From the human T2T-CHM13v2.0 reference genome, Homo sapiens, in NCBI RefSeq assembly GCF_009914755.1, contig NC_060928.1: DNA of 64,000 nucleotides; one strand, written 5' to 3'. The position numbers and the translations under genes are program-made. The notes beneath the pieces are model-generated. The model saw only the letters and a list, made by a program, of their open reading frames with translations. It searched no databases and was not told where the DNA came from. This document shows, piece after piece, positions 25,484 through 40,049 of this stretch; the first letter of the stretch is position 1; each line of letters starts with the position of its first letter.

Positions 25484-25539
25484 TCAACTTTGACCATTTT
25501 CAGATTCTGCGGGCCATTGGTAAAGGGAGTTTTGGAAAG
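25484..25539 (+). CDS. STK32B: STK32B coding exon 2 (Gly-rich ATP-binding loop)
   Basis: Polypyrimidine acceptor ttttgttttcttttgcag| and donor AAG|gtaaga. The 56 nt read (G)TC AAC TTT GAC CAT TTT CAG ATT CTG CGG GCC ATT GGT AAA GGG AGT TTT GGA AAG = [19 protein letters not shown] (GxGxxG motif). Confidence 0.96.
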
Positions 25540-26359
25540 GTAAGAATATAAATGTCTGGACCACTGGGCTTAAGTATGTGTGTATATTTGTGTGTCTGTG
25601 TGTTGGTTGCTGGGCACTGGGAATGTTCTGTTTGACAGTAAGATTTCGACTTGACAAACTTGAAATGTGAAAGGAAGTCTGAATAGTTTCCTTGCGATCT
25701 GGTGTAATTTTCTTCTGGAAATTAAATTACCACAACAGCCCTGGTTTAGGTGAATTACAATGGTATTTATTTCAGGATTGCCAATGCCGTTTGTTCCTTG
25801 AGAATCTAAGTGAGGAAAGTTGAAAAAAAACCCATAAACATCACAAAGGCAGCTCTTTCCAGCAACATAGACGTTTGTTGTTTTGGTAAGTTCATATTTG
25901 TGATCTTTGACTATTTTTTTTGAAAAGGTATAGAAGGCTAGGAGAAGATGGCAGGAGTTTTTAGAAAACAAAAATACTCCCCCCAGTCAAGCTCCAGTCT
26001 GTTCCCACATACTCAGAAATTTTTTTTTTTGGCAATAATTGCTTTGAGTACCTATTGAATGCCGGAGATATTCTGTTATGTTTTTTTCACATCTATTGTT
26101 ATTTCCATTTTACAGATGGAAAAGCTTAGATGTGAAACATAGTCTCTGTAACTCAGAAAGATGGAGCAGGTTACCCTTGGCCACATAGGCGGGAAGTGTC
26201 AAAACTGGGATTTGAGCTGAAGGCTGACCAGGAACCTGCTGTTTCAGCAGCCCATACTGTTGATTAGACTATTTAAAACTCATAGAGCTAAACTGAGGCA
26301 TGTGACTTAAGAAGTTGGATAGACCCAGACAACCTCCCTCCCTCCCTCCTTGCCTAGTT

Positions 26360-27310
26360 TTATTGATCCAATCCATGCATACTAATTGCATGCAAACTCT
26401 GTACCAGGCACTATTTTAGACTCTGTTGATCAGTAGTAACCAAAACAGATCCAAGTGTCTTTTCTCATAGTGCTTATATTTAAAAAATGAGAGAGATGCG
26501 AAACAGATAATTGTATACCTTTATGGTACATTAGATAATGATAAGTACATTAAAATACAGTAAGGTAAGGGGAATATGGAGTTATGGGAGAGTAGCAGGG
26601 AGAAGTTGCTGTTTTGTAGAGCTGAGCTATCAATAGGGTAGCCACTAACCACATGTGGATATTTAAATTTGAATTAATTAACATTAAGTAAAATGGTAAC
26701 AATTCAGTTCCACAGCACACTAGCTGCATTTTAAGTGCTCAGTAGCCACGTGTAGCCAGTGGCTACTGTATTGGAAGCTCAGGTTATGACGCATTTCCAT
26801 ATCATAGATGGTTCTGCAGGACAGTGCTGTCATACAGGGTGTCAGGGACGTCCTTGATAATAGCATGACATGTGAGCAGAGACCTGAAGGAAGCAAAGGA
26901 GGAAGACAGGCAAGTTCCAGGCAGAGGGAACTTCAAGTGCAAATCCCACGGAAGGGAGTGTGCTCTGTGTCTTTGAGGGGCTTCCAGGCAATGGGAGTGG
27001 TGCAAGGTGAGGTCAGTGAAGTCGGCGAGGCCCAGGTCTTAGAGGACTTCATCCATGTGGTAAAGGCTTTGGCCATTTCACAGAGTGGGAAGAGAAGGCT
27101 TGGGGGTTTCTGGGGGAGGAGTTGCATGATCTGTTTGTAGAAGTTCATAGAAGTTCACTTTGGCTACCATGTGGAGAATAGCCTGGGAGGGGCCACAGCA
27201 GCAGCGGGGAGCCCTGTGGGGAGAGGAGGTGGTGGCCTGGGGCACATGGCAGTGCTGGGGGTGGTGAGAAATAGTCAGATTTTGGATATATTTTGAAAAT
27301 GTCACCAAAT
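26360..27310 (-). mobile_element. L2 fragment split by MER3
   Basis: gtaccaggcactattttag...gacatgtgagcagagacctgaagga...agtcagattttggatatattttgaa. Confidence 0.7.
26617..26829. mobile_element. MER3 hAT-Charlie element
   Basis: gtagccactaaccacatgtgg..aagtgctcagtagccacgtgtagccagtggctactgtattgga...ggacagtgctg. Confidence 0.8.
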
Positions 27311-28298
27311 CAAGTGGTCCATAGGTATAGGGGGTCTCTGCAGTAGCTCAGAGGCTGTCTGATGTCATCACAGGTCTGGACACTTTTCATCCACCCCCTC
27401 CACCTTCCTCAGTGGGATGAGATTTTCTCCTCAGGTTTCCTATCTAATGGTTTAGAGGTTGCCGAGTTCTGTGTATCACATCTTCACACAACTGCTCCTC
27501 ACTTCTGTGACTTTGTTAGAGAAGGACTTCCCCCCTGGAACCTCCCCAACCAACCCGTTTTATTGGCTATAATTGGTCACATGACCACTGCTTCCTACTG
27601 AGGGAAGCATCTTCCATCTTCAGCCTGTAGCTGGGAGACGAGCTCTTCCGGTAGAGAAGGGCAGGAGGATAGTTTGGGTGGGCACAGAAAAGTGCCCTTG
27701 GGAATGTCCAATACACTAACTATCCTTGTGCTTGCTGCTTGGGGAGCAAAGTTGAGTAAGAAGTGATCCCTACTGACCAGAAACTCATCCTCTTATGGGG
27801 TAGATGGTTGTATGGACCAATATATTCAATGGTCAACTCTATTCCTGGGAAAAATCTCTTCTTCCCTGGGGAGTATTTTCTGATGATTTCTGCTTCTCTT
27901 TTACTTATGTGGACCTTCTTACAGAAACCTTTCTAAACACGACACATTTGGTATTAATTCACTAACCAGAATGATATTGAGTTGTGCCAAGTTCTGCAAC
28001 TTTAATTTGTCTTTTCTACACAATCCAGACTTCACTGTAGGCACATGGAGGCACCACAGAGCTTCTTGCCTTTTCAGAATCTCATTCCTGAGTTTTGCTA
28101 TATGCACATTTAACAGTGTTGGGCATTTATGTTGTCAAGTGAATTGGGTCACTGGATAATTTAACAGACATTCACTGGGCCACTGAAGGGGCCATGTGCT
28201 CCATTAGACACTGTTTTCCTGACATGACTTGGAACTTGTTGAGGGCAGAAATCTTTTTTAAAAATCAGACATAAAAAACAGTAAATTATGACACAGTA

Positions 28299-28680
28299 TG
28301 TGATGGTTAATTTTATGTATCAACTGGGCTAGGCCGTGGTGCCCAGATGTTTGGTCAAACATCGATCTAGATGTCCCTGCGAAGGTATTTTTTTGGATGA
28401 GATTAATGTTTAAATCAGTAGACTTTGAGTTAAGAAGTTGATTCTCCACAATGTGGATGGGCCTCATCCAACCATTTGAAGACTTTAGGAGAAAAAGGCT
28501 GACTTCCCTGATGAAGGAGGAATTCTGCCTCCTGGTGGCCTTTGGACTGGAGTTGCAGTATCAACTCTTTTCTGGATTTCCAGCCTGCCAGCATGCCCTG
28601 TAAAAGTCAGAAGTCAGATTTGCAAGCCCCTACAGTTGTGTGAACCAGTTCTTTAAAATAAATCTGTTTCTGTCTCTGTC

Positions 28681-28727
<47 letters not shown>

Positions 28728-28786
28728 GTCTGTCTATCTGTCCATATTCTGTTGGTTCTGTATTCTGGAAAACCCTGACTGATACA
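28299..28786 (+). mobile_element. MLT2 (C/D-like) ERVL solo LTR with an internal (TCTG)n repeat
   Basis: tgtgatggttaattttatgtatcaac...aaccctgactgataca; (tctg)n at ~28668-28742. Confidence 0.85.
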
Positions 28787-30301
28787 TGGCACAATAGTGG
28801 GACAACAAGAGCATGTGCAGGCTCCAGCCCAGGTAGGGAGAAGGAGGGTTCTAGAAAGAGCCAAAGAGAAAAGAGTTCACATGTACAGCAAACTGTTTCA
28901 CATGAGTTTACTCTTGTCTCCTTGGTGCTTTTGACTCTCTGCAAATGATTATTCAGAAATCATGTTGTATATCTGACAGGTGCCACTTTGGATCCTGGTG
29001 AGCCTCCCATGCCTGCTTTTATTCTGGAGCCCACGCATCACACCAGCCCCTCACTTCCTCCTTCTCACACTTCCTTGTGGGTCAGGAAGGGAGGATGTTC
29101 AGTTCTCAAGGCTTGGATTGTATGGGTGAAGAGTTGAAGTTTCCCTTGTATGGTGAGAGGAGCCACATGGTCCTGCAGACTGATAAACAGATCTCAGGAC
29201 CAGTTCACAGACACACCTCTCAGCCCTTCCTCTCGCCTCCACTGTCTTTCCACAGGCCCTTGCTCCTAGCCTGCTGTTCTCTCTGCCTGGCACTCAAACT
29301 ATCCCTTAGAATTCCCTCCCTCCAAACTGGCCAGCATGAGGACCCGGAAGGATCCAGAAGGATTCCTCCATTAGCACCCTTCTAAAAAAGTGTCTCCAAT
29401 CAATAACTTGTATTTTGAATGCCCACTCCAGCCTCCACCAGCCAGGATGTTGTGATGTCAATGACATTTTCCCCCTTGAAGCAAGTTCACCATCTGTACC
29501 TCCACCTACTCCCCTGACCCGGCTGGAATTGGGCCTCTACTTTAGAGTGGTTGCCAGAGGAGTGATCGGCTAGTCAGTGTTTATAAGGAGTAGCTCATTC
29601 TTACATAATACATTGGGCGGACACAAATTTCCCTTGGGATAGTTACCACCACTGGGAATTCAGCTCAGCAAGTGTTGATGAGAGTGCAAGGCAGTGTGGC
29701 GCAACACAGAGAGCAAGCAGCTTGAAAACTGGACAAACAAGGATTCAAATGCCATTCATGCATGCACTTTGAGTCTCTGTGTCTTCACCTGTAAAATAGG
29801 CATATTGGTGTCTTCTGCATAGGGCTGTTGTGAGAGGTTAATGAGATGGTATAGTAGAGTGTCTAGCACAGAATCCAACCTGATATTCAATAAGTGTTGA
29901 TTCTTTTGTTGCTTAAGGCTCTCTTTCCCCTATGCAGCAGGGAGTGAGGAAGGGAGACTTTAACTGAATGTGCTTTTTGGCAGTTTGTGGCGTGAAGATT
30001 TCTTGCTTGGAGGAGGACCTGTCTGGACACAAATATGGTACTGGGACAGGCAGGGCTGTTGTGTATACTTAAGTTCCCAGAATATCTCACCATGTGACAT
30101 CTGTCACTGCTGATAAATGGTGGGATAAGGCCTGGCAAGACTCATGATCTTGCATGACACTCATTCTTCTTGGAAACTGTACAGCTCTGGGCTTAGCACT
30201 GACATTGTCTTTGTATTTTCTCTAAGTCTGTGTCTTGTCTGGTTATTGGAAGTTTGTGTGGAGTTTATATAAAATCAGGCAGCTTAGGTTCATTTGTTAA
30301 T

Positions 30302-30372
30302 TCACTCATTCACTCATTCATTCATCCATCCATCCATCCATCCATCCATCCATCCATCCATCCATCCATCCA
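30302..30372. repeat. (TCAT)n(CCAT)n microsatellite at an L2 tail
   Basis: tcactcattcactcattcattcatccatccatccatcc... Confidence 0.9.
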
Positions 30373-30644
30373 ACATACGGAGGACCAATTTGCTCTGGGC
30401 CCTATTCTAGGTACTGAGGTTACAAAAGTAAACCAGATATGGTGCCTGCCTTTGAGGATCTCTCAGATACATGCAGGAGGCAGAGTAATAAACCGTCAAC
30501 TATAGTCCACTCTGAAAAGCATGGTAGGGGAGGAACACTCATAGTTTATGGGTGTACAGGGATGGAGTGGAGGATGCCTAATTCAAACTTCAAAAGCTGT
30601 GATGCCCTTGCTGTCAAGGGCAGGGTTGACTGCATACCCATATG

Positions 30645-33600
30645 ATTTTTTTCTCATTATTTTAGTATGAAAACATGCAAATACGCAGTGAAGGTGAAAG
30701 AATTTTACATTAAGCACCAATGTCTTCCACCTCCATTCCCAATTAACATTCTACCAAACTTATTTTATGAAATACCTATCCTTCTACCCACACATCAATC
30801 CATCTTATTTTTTGATGCATTTTATAGCAAATTGCAAATATCTGTACATTTCTCCTTAAATATTTCAGCCTAGAGATTTGCCTGTAGTTTTTCTTTTGAT
30901 GTAAAATGTACATACAACAGAATGAACACATCTTAAACTTACATTTATTGACTTTTGAGAAATAAATGCATCTGAGTAACCTAAACCCATACCAAAATAT
31001 AGAATATCACCATCCAAAAGTCCCCTCTTGACCCTTTACTGTCAAAACCTCTCTCAAAGTCAACTACTCCATCCATTATAGATTAGAGTTGCCTGTTCTA
31101 AAATTTAGTATAAAATGGGATCATGCAATATATAGTCTTTTGTTTAAAGCTTCATAATGTTTTACATTTTATATAAATTTTTCAGCATAATGTTTTTGAG
31201 ATTCATTTGTATTGCATTTTTTCCTATTGTTTAAAAAATGGGTTGTTTGTCTTATTTAATTGTGGGATACATATCTGGATACCAGTCTTTTGTCAGACAT
31301 GAGACTGTTTTCAACCAGACTGGTTTACCTGTTAATTTTATTAGTGGTGTGTTTTGATACATGAAAGTTTTCTATTTCGATAAGATCCAATTTGTTGAGT
31401 GCTTTTGCTTTTAGGGTCATTGTTTTATGCCATTTGTATAAGAAAACCTGGCTCACCAAAACATACTCAATTCACAGAGATATTTTTCTATGTTTACTTT
31501 CTAAAAGTTTTATAGAGTTAGCTTATAAATTTAGTTCTATACTTCATTTTGATTTGATTTTTTGTGTGGTGTGAGGTAGGGTCAAGTTGTTTTTTTTTTT
31601 TTCCCTAGTATGGACATCAGTTTCTTGAAAATGATTTCTTTTGTTTATTGGATTGTGTACGACGATTGTCTAGAGGGACAGAATTAATAGGATATATGTA
31701 TATATGAAGGGGAGTTTATTAAGGAGAATTGCCTCACATGATCACAAGGTGAAGCCCCACCATAGGCCGTCTGAAAGTTAAGGAGCAAGGAAGACAGTAG
31801 TGGCTCAGTTCGAGTCCCAAAACCTCAAAACTAGGGAAACCGAAAATGCAGCCTTCAGTCTGTGACCGAAAGCCTGAGAGCCCCTGGCAAACCACTGGTG
31901 TAAGTCCAAGAATCCAAAAGCCGAAGAATTTGAAGTCTGATGTTGTAGGGCAGAAAGCATATCCAGCACAGGAGGAAGATGAAGGCTGGAAGAATCAGCA
32001 AGTCAGTTTCTTGCACCTTCTTCTGCCTGCTTTTTCTAGCTGGACTGGCAGCCGATTGGATGGTGCCTACCCGTGTTGCAGGTGGGTCTTCCTGAGGATG
32101 GGTCTTCTCTCCCAGTCCACTTAATCAAATGTCAGTCTCTTATGGCAACACCCTCACAGACATACCCAGATACATCCAGAACCAATACTTTGCATCCTTC
32201 AATCCAGTCAAGCTGACATTTAATATTAACCATCACAGATTGCTTTGGGGTTCATATGAAAAATTAGATGATTTGTATGTCTTCTTCTGTACTCTCGGTT
32301 TTGTACATTTGACCTATTTGTTGATCCTTATGCAAGTACTAGTCTGTCTTAATTACTGCAGGTTTCTGGTGTGTCTTAAAATCAGGTAGTATAAGTCCTC
32401 CACATTTATTCTTTTTCAAGATTGTTTTGGATATTCTAGATCATTGATTTTCATACAAATTTTGGAGTTGCTTATCAATTCTACAAAAAACTGTGGAATT
32501 ACAATTGGTCAAATCTGTATATCAATTTGGAAATAATTATATCTTAAGAGTAGGGAGTCTTCTAATCCATGGACATGGTATATCTCTTTATTTATCTCTA
32601 TTTTTATTAGGTATTTAAAAGTCTATTTTAGTGATGTTTTGTCATTTTTAGGGTAGAGGCTTTGCCCTTTTTTGCACTAATGTTTTTCCCAAATAGTTGA
32701 TGAAGTTTTTTGGGGGTACGGGGGACAGGGGGAAGACACTATTGTAATGAAATTGTTTTTAATTTAGTTTTTAATTGTTTACTAGTAGGTATAAAAATAC
32801 AATAAAATTTTTGTATCTTAATCTCACACCCTGAGACCTTGCTAATTAAATAATTAGTTGTGATAGTTGTTTTGTAGTATTCTGGAGATTTTCTGTCAAC
32901 AATCATTCTATTTGCTAATAAAAGTAGTTTTACCTATTCTCCCCTTTATTTATGCTTTTTAAATCTTTATTGCAGTAGCTAAAACCCTCGGTACAATATT
33001 GAGGAGAAGTGGTGGGAGCAAGCATCATTGTTTTGTTCTTAATTTTAGGGGAAAAAGTGTTCAGTCTTTCTTCATTAAGAACATCTTTACCTGTAAGTTT
33101 TTCAGAGATGCTCTTTATCAAATTGAGCAGCTCCTTTTTAGTTGTAGTTTTCTGTAAGTGTTTATCATGTCTTGCTGAATTCTATCAAATACTTTTTGTG
33201 CATTGGTTGAAATGATCATATTTTTTCTCCATATTTTGTTACTATGCTAAATTACATTAATTTCCAAATTTTAAACCAACTGTGTATTACTGAGATAAAT
33301 CCCACTTGAATATGATACCTTATTCTTTTTATGTTTTATTGAATTGGATTTGCTAATATCTTATTAGAGAATTTTACATCACATTCATAAGGAATATTAG
33401 TCTGCTTTTTTGTAATATCTTCATCAAATTTGTTTTCAGGGTTATAGTAGTCTCAAAAATGAGTTCAGTCATTTTCCTTCTCTGTTTTCTGAAAGCACTT
33501 GTGTAAAGTTGGTGTCACTTCTTTAAATGTTTGATAGGTTTTACAAATGAAGTTATCTGGGTATAGAGTTTTCTTTCTAGTAAGGCTTTTGACTACAAAA

Positions 33601-36200
33601 TTACCTTCTTTAGTAGATATAAGGCACTCAGATTTTGTGTTTTTTCGTATATAACTTTTGGTAAGTTATATTTTTCAAGAAATTAATCAATTTTCTCTAT
33701 GTTGGCAAATTTGTTGGCACAAAGTAATTCATGATATTATCATAGGATCTTCTTAATTTTTGTAGTGTCTGTGGTTGTAACTTCTCTTTCATTTCTGATA
33801 TTAGCAGTTTGCCTTCTTTCTCTTATTTTCTTCATCAGTTTATAATCTTAGCTCTTCAAGATAGAACCTTAGGTCATTGATTTTAGACATTTTGTTCTAA
33901 TATAAGCATTTTAAGCTATAAATTTTCCTCTAAGGACTGCTTAAGTTACACCCCCAAAATTTGATATGTTGTATTTTATTATTTAGTTAATAATATTTTA
34001 TAATTCCCCTTGTGATTGCTTCTTTGACCCATGAATTATTTAGTTATGTGTTGTTTAACTTCCAAATATTTGGTCTTTGAAGCTTTTTTATTGTTATTGG
34101 TTCTAATTTTTTTCATTGTGGTCCAAGAACATACTCTACAATTTCAATTCATTTGTATTAATTGAGACTCATTTTATGCCCAACTTATGATCTACCTTAG
34201 TAAACACAGTATACCCACTTGAAAAGGATGTGTATTTAAAAGTTGTTAGGTGTAAGATTCAGTAAATATTAGTCCAGTCAAAGTAGTTAATATTATTCAG
34301 AGCTTCCGTGTAATTGCCGATTTTTAAAATCTAGTTGTTTTATTTCTGGACAGTTGTGTAAAATATCCAACTATGATTGTGGAATTATTTCTTCTTCCTT
34401 TAAGTCTGTCAATGTTTGCTTCTTATACGTTGAGATTTGTTGTTAGATGCATACATATTTATGATTATTTCCTTATGATGAATTGTCCCTACTATTATAA
34501 AATATCCTTCTCTTTTTCTTCTAGTACTCTTTATTTTGAAACTTATTTTCTTTGAGATCAGAGTACCCATTCTAATCTACTTATGCTTATTGCGTTCAGA
34601 CATTTTTCTTCTTTATTTTCTTAAAACGCTGTGTAAAGTTGGTGTTACTTTTTAAAATGTTTGATAGGCTTTACACATGAATTTATATAGCCGTTCTAAC
34701 CTACTTATGCTTACTGTTTCCATGACATATGTTTTTCTATGCATTTATTTTCATTCTTTGTTTTTATATTTAACATTAATTTCTTGAGGACAGCGTATAG
34801 TTAGGTCTTGCTTTAAAAAAATCCATTCTGACAATTCTGCCTTTTAGTTGTATTGTTTAGTTCATGCACAGCTCATGTAACGGTTTGATTTTGGTCTATT
34901 GTTGTTTTATTTGTTTTCTTCTTACCTCTTCTTTTTTTCTTGTCTCTGTTCTTTCCTGTAGTGCTGTGGATTAGTTGAATATTTAAAACTATGTTTTAAT
35001 TTATCTATTGACTTTGTAAGTATACGTTCCAGTATTATGTTTTAAAATTGTTGCTTTAAAGGATTATACTATACATTCTTAATTTATTTTACAGTCTGCT
35101 GAGGGTTGATATTTTACACTTTACATAAAATGTGAAAACCTTACAACTGTAGAGGCCCATCTACCACCCTATCTGTCCTTATAGTGTAGGTGTCAAATGT
35201 ATTGCAGCTTCTTAAATTATAAATCTCTAATACAATGTTATAGTTTTTGCTTTAAAAATATATATGTATAATTAAATAGAAATAATGAATATATTGCTAT
35301 TAGGTGTAAGATTTTGCTGTTAAAAATTAGGAGGAAAATAGTTTTTGATATTTATTCATATTTTTAAGGAAAATCTAGGTTTCTCTCTGGTATCATTTCC
35401 ATTCAGCCTGAGGAATTTCCTTTAGTATTTTATGTGGGGCATGTCTCCTCTTAATTTATTCTCTTTATTTTATTTTATCTGAAATATATTTATTTCTCCT
35501 TCTTTCTTGAAGAATATTTCTACTGGATACAGATTTTTAGGTTGACAGGTGTTTTTCCTTCCATTACTTTAAAGATTTTGTCTTGTTGTCATCTAACTTT
35601 CACAATTTCTGATGAGAAGTCATTAAACTTTGAATCATTATTGTCCAGTATGTAATGTGTCACTTTTGTCTCCCTCCTTTCAAAAAGTCCCTTAAAATTT
35701 GACTTTTAGAAGTTTTCCTATGGTATGCATAGGTGGAAACTCTTGACTTAAAAAAATAGTTTTTCTTGCTTTGTTTAGTTTTCCTATCTTTTCCTTTATT
35801 TCAGTCATATTACCTTTTATATCATGTAGCATAGTCATAGCAACTGCTTTATTGTCCTTATGCTAATTACAACATCTGGGTCATCATAAGATTCACTTCC
35901 ACTGATTATCTGTTCTGTTGAGGATGGGTCCCATTTTCCTGGTTCTATATATTAAGTAGTTTTGTCTTACATCCTGGACATTGTGGGTGTTATTTTGTAG
36001 AAACTTTGAATTCTACTGTGTTTTTTAAAAACATATTTTTAACAAGCAGTTAACTTGGTTGGACTTACATTGCATATTCTGCCTCTTTGGCAGGCACATG
36101 AATCTCAGTCCATTTTTTTTTTTCTTAACTGGACTGCTTTCAGCTTGTTCTATGTCTGTGATCTTTAGGAGTCAGCAGTAGATTTGGTCAGAGGTTATTT
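30645..36200 (-). mobile_element. Long, heavily diverged L1M element(s)
   Basis: Continuous T-rich antisense L1 3'UTR and ORF2 homology. ORF 32930..33121(-) retains RT-like MIKSISEKLT..LNEERLNTFSPK. Confidence 0.8.
31656..32237 (-). mobile_element. MLT2A ERVL solo LTR nested in the L1M
   Basis: ctagagggacagaattaatagga...catccttcaatccagtcaagctgaca..taatattaaccatcaca; perfect TSD gattg (31651-31655, 32238-32242). Confidence 0.9.
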
Positions 36201-36213
36201 ACCACATTTGAGG

Positions 36214-36302
36214 CTCCTCTTGGATTTCTCCTCTTGGATACTCTTGGAGTTCTCCTCTTGGATACTCTTGGATTTCTCCTCTTGGATACTCTTGGATTTC
36301 TC
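36214..36302. repeat. 24-bp minisatellite, about 3.5 copies
   Basis: Unit (t/g)ttctcctcttggatactcttgga. Confidence 0.9.
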
Positions 36303-37934
36303 AGAAAGAGTTGTAGCCCAGTGAAGTTAGGAGGTTTGCCCATAATCTCATGAACAGTGGCTGAACTTAACAAAACAAAAATATTTTAGAGTAGTGTCTC
36401 ATCTTAATGTTGAGATTTTATGGCTTCAGGAAAATTGAGGCATTCCTTTTCAATCCACGACAAAGTTAGCATCACAAAGAGGCATACCACTTTCCCCCCA
36501 TGTCATTGAGAGTTTTGTTCCTGAACCTTTTGTGTTCCTTTAGGACATACTACCAAATCTGTTAGTGTGTGGCCTCAAGATTTTCAAATTGACTATAGCC
36601 TGTCATCATCCGTTGAAAATTTAATGGATCTTTTGAGAAATATAAGCTTTCTAGAAGGTCTATTTCTAAGTTGCTTTTGGGTTGTAGCAATTTCTTGATG
36701 ACACGCAAATTCATATAGAATGTACACAAATGTCAAGTATTCAGCACAAGGTTAACCTGCTTTAAGGGAATAAAGCATAGCTTTGTTCAGGTCAAAATGC
36801 TAAATAATCACTGCCTTTCATAATAAATGCAGGTGAAGTCTACATGACTATTATTAAAGTTAAGGTGGAGGGAGGCTGGCATAAGATGAAGAAAACCATC
36901 CTCCTAATATTGAATGAATATTTTGGCTTTGCTGTCTGTCTTTGGCAGTTTTGATACCTGACATTTATTAAGAGTTTTCCAGAAAGACATTTCATTGTTA
37001 AACTATGATAATAGCCTTGGTTATCAGGAAAGAACACATGTGAATTCACAGAAATCTTTTCACTGTCATGCTGGAAGAAGTTGTGCCTCCTAGTGTAGCA
37101 CCAAAGTAAACAACTGCTGGCAATCCATTGATTTTTAGCAATAATTTACTCATATTTAAAGTAACCATTTTATGACTAAATTCTGGGATAGTTGAGGCAC
37201 ACCACATTAATTTCTATATAACCAGTGGAAACAATTTAGATTTTGGAGTCAGGCTGATGCTAATATATGTTAGTGGTGGATACCTAGGAAAGCAAATTAA
37301 CTTCTCTGCAGCTTAGTGTTCTCATCTGTAAAATGGAAAGGGAATGGAGAACCATAGTACACTGGAGGGGCTACTGTTTTTGACTCTCCAGCATGCTTTT
37401 GGATCCCTTTTTCTTATTATAATGACATTCCTTCCCCTTGGAGAACACCGCCCCCTCCTCATGTCACTGTGGTCCCCAATTCACTTGAGATGACCATATG
37501 ATGTGCCTGTGCCAGCCACATGGACCATATTCAGCCAGACATAGTGCCTGGTCCAAGGTGTGGCCATGTGATCCAAGTCCAACCATTCAGAAACCTTCTG
37601 TGGAATCAGAGGTGAAAAACTTGCTCTCAGTTATCATGCACTGTAAGAAAACAGGTCTGCATTTTTTTGGTCATTTTCGTCAGCAATTGATGAAGTGAAG
37701 GTTTATCTGTAGAAGAAAAGAATGAAGCTTAAAGCAAAGAATCAGAAACAGATATACGAGGTGGGTGAAGAGATGGCATTTTGTTGGTGAAGGTTGAGAT
37801 TAAGGTGAGGCAACTGAGTTAAACATGTGCCTTGCTTTCTAAAATTTTGCAGATGCAGGCTTGACACTTGCTTCCTTGTATTTTGCAACCTGGACACATC
37901 ACTAGCCTCACCCTGGTCCTGGCTCTGTTGATAA

Positions 37935-38345
37935 CTGTTCTCACTTGGATTCCTCCAGAAGTTGATTTTGAGAGAAAGAATTTAGTGCAAACTGTTTATT
38001 TGAAGATGATCCCAGGAAATATTTGTGAGACAGGAGGAGTGAGACAGAGAAAGGAAGGCAGCCAATAAAGGGTTTCTGATCAAGCCACTCACCCCGGTGG
38101 GCTTCTGGAGCCTACTTCCATGGAGGATGTCAGGAGACAGTGCAGAGTGTGTGTCTGGTGGCTGTAGATGAAAAGCTAATGCGTGGATACGCAGTTCTCA
38201 TTCGGTGACAGTGGAGGGCTGCCCGTGCAGCATTGCCTGTCCTGCACCTTTGGCTTGCTCTTTGCAGGCCATTGCAGGTGTCATAGTAAGCCTGAGGTGT
38301 GTGGATGTGATGAGAGGGACCTGGGTGGACACAGCAGCACTGCCA
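37935..38345 (-). mobile_element. LTR16C-like ERVL LTR
   Basis: tttatttgaagatgatcccaggaa...gagtgagacagagaaaggaaggcagccaataaagggt. Confidence 0.65.
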
Positions 38346-39001
38346 CCTTCTTATTTTCCTATTCCCATGAATTACCCACTGTCCTTACCAGCTATAGAAA
38401 CTAACATTGTTTTCTGCTCGGTGAGATCATGTTGGGCTTCCAGTATTTGCCACCTAAAGAGTCCTGACTAATCAGAAACTAACAATGATGGTCCTGGCAA
38501 CTGGAGACCCATTGTCTACCTTGTCCCACTAATAGCCCAGTATGATGGATGTTATTATCCCCGTTTTACAAATGATGAATCCGCGTCCTGGAGAGGACCC
38601 CACTGCCATGCACAGCCTGTTTTATTTTCAAATGTCCCTCCCAGATACAGAAGTGACGTTGAAACTGGCTTCTATCACAGGCACATCTGCTGGAAACAAG
38701 TGGGGTCAGGAGGAAAATGTCCATCAGTGTCCAATGACAGACATTTGGTTTTGGATGCAACAGGGCATAGAGGAAAGGGTACAGGCTTCCAGATTGGGGA
38801 GGTCTGGCTCTGGGTCAGAGCCTGCTTCTTCCAGTCATGGAAACTTGGACCAATCATGTGGCTCCTGCAACCCTCCCTTTTGTCTTCTGAGAAAAAGTAA
38901 TGATTATAATGGATAATGGACTTTAGGTTCTTATGTGAGAATAAGGGGGCAAACAATGTTCAGCCCTCAGCATGGTACCTGGCGTGTGGATGGCCTTTTT
39001 C

Positions 39002-40049
<1,048 letters not shown>

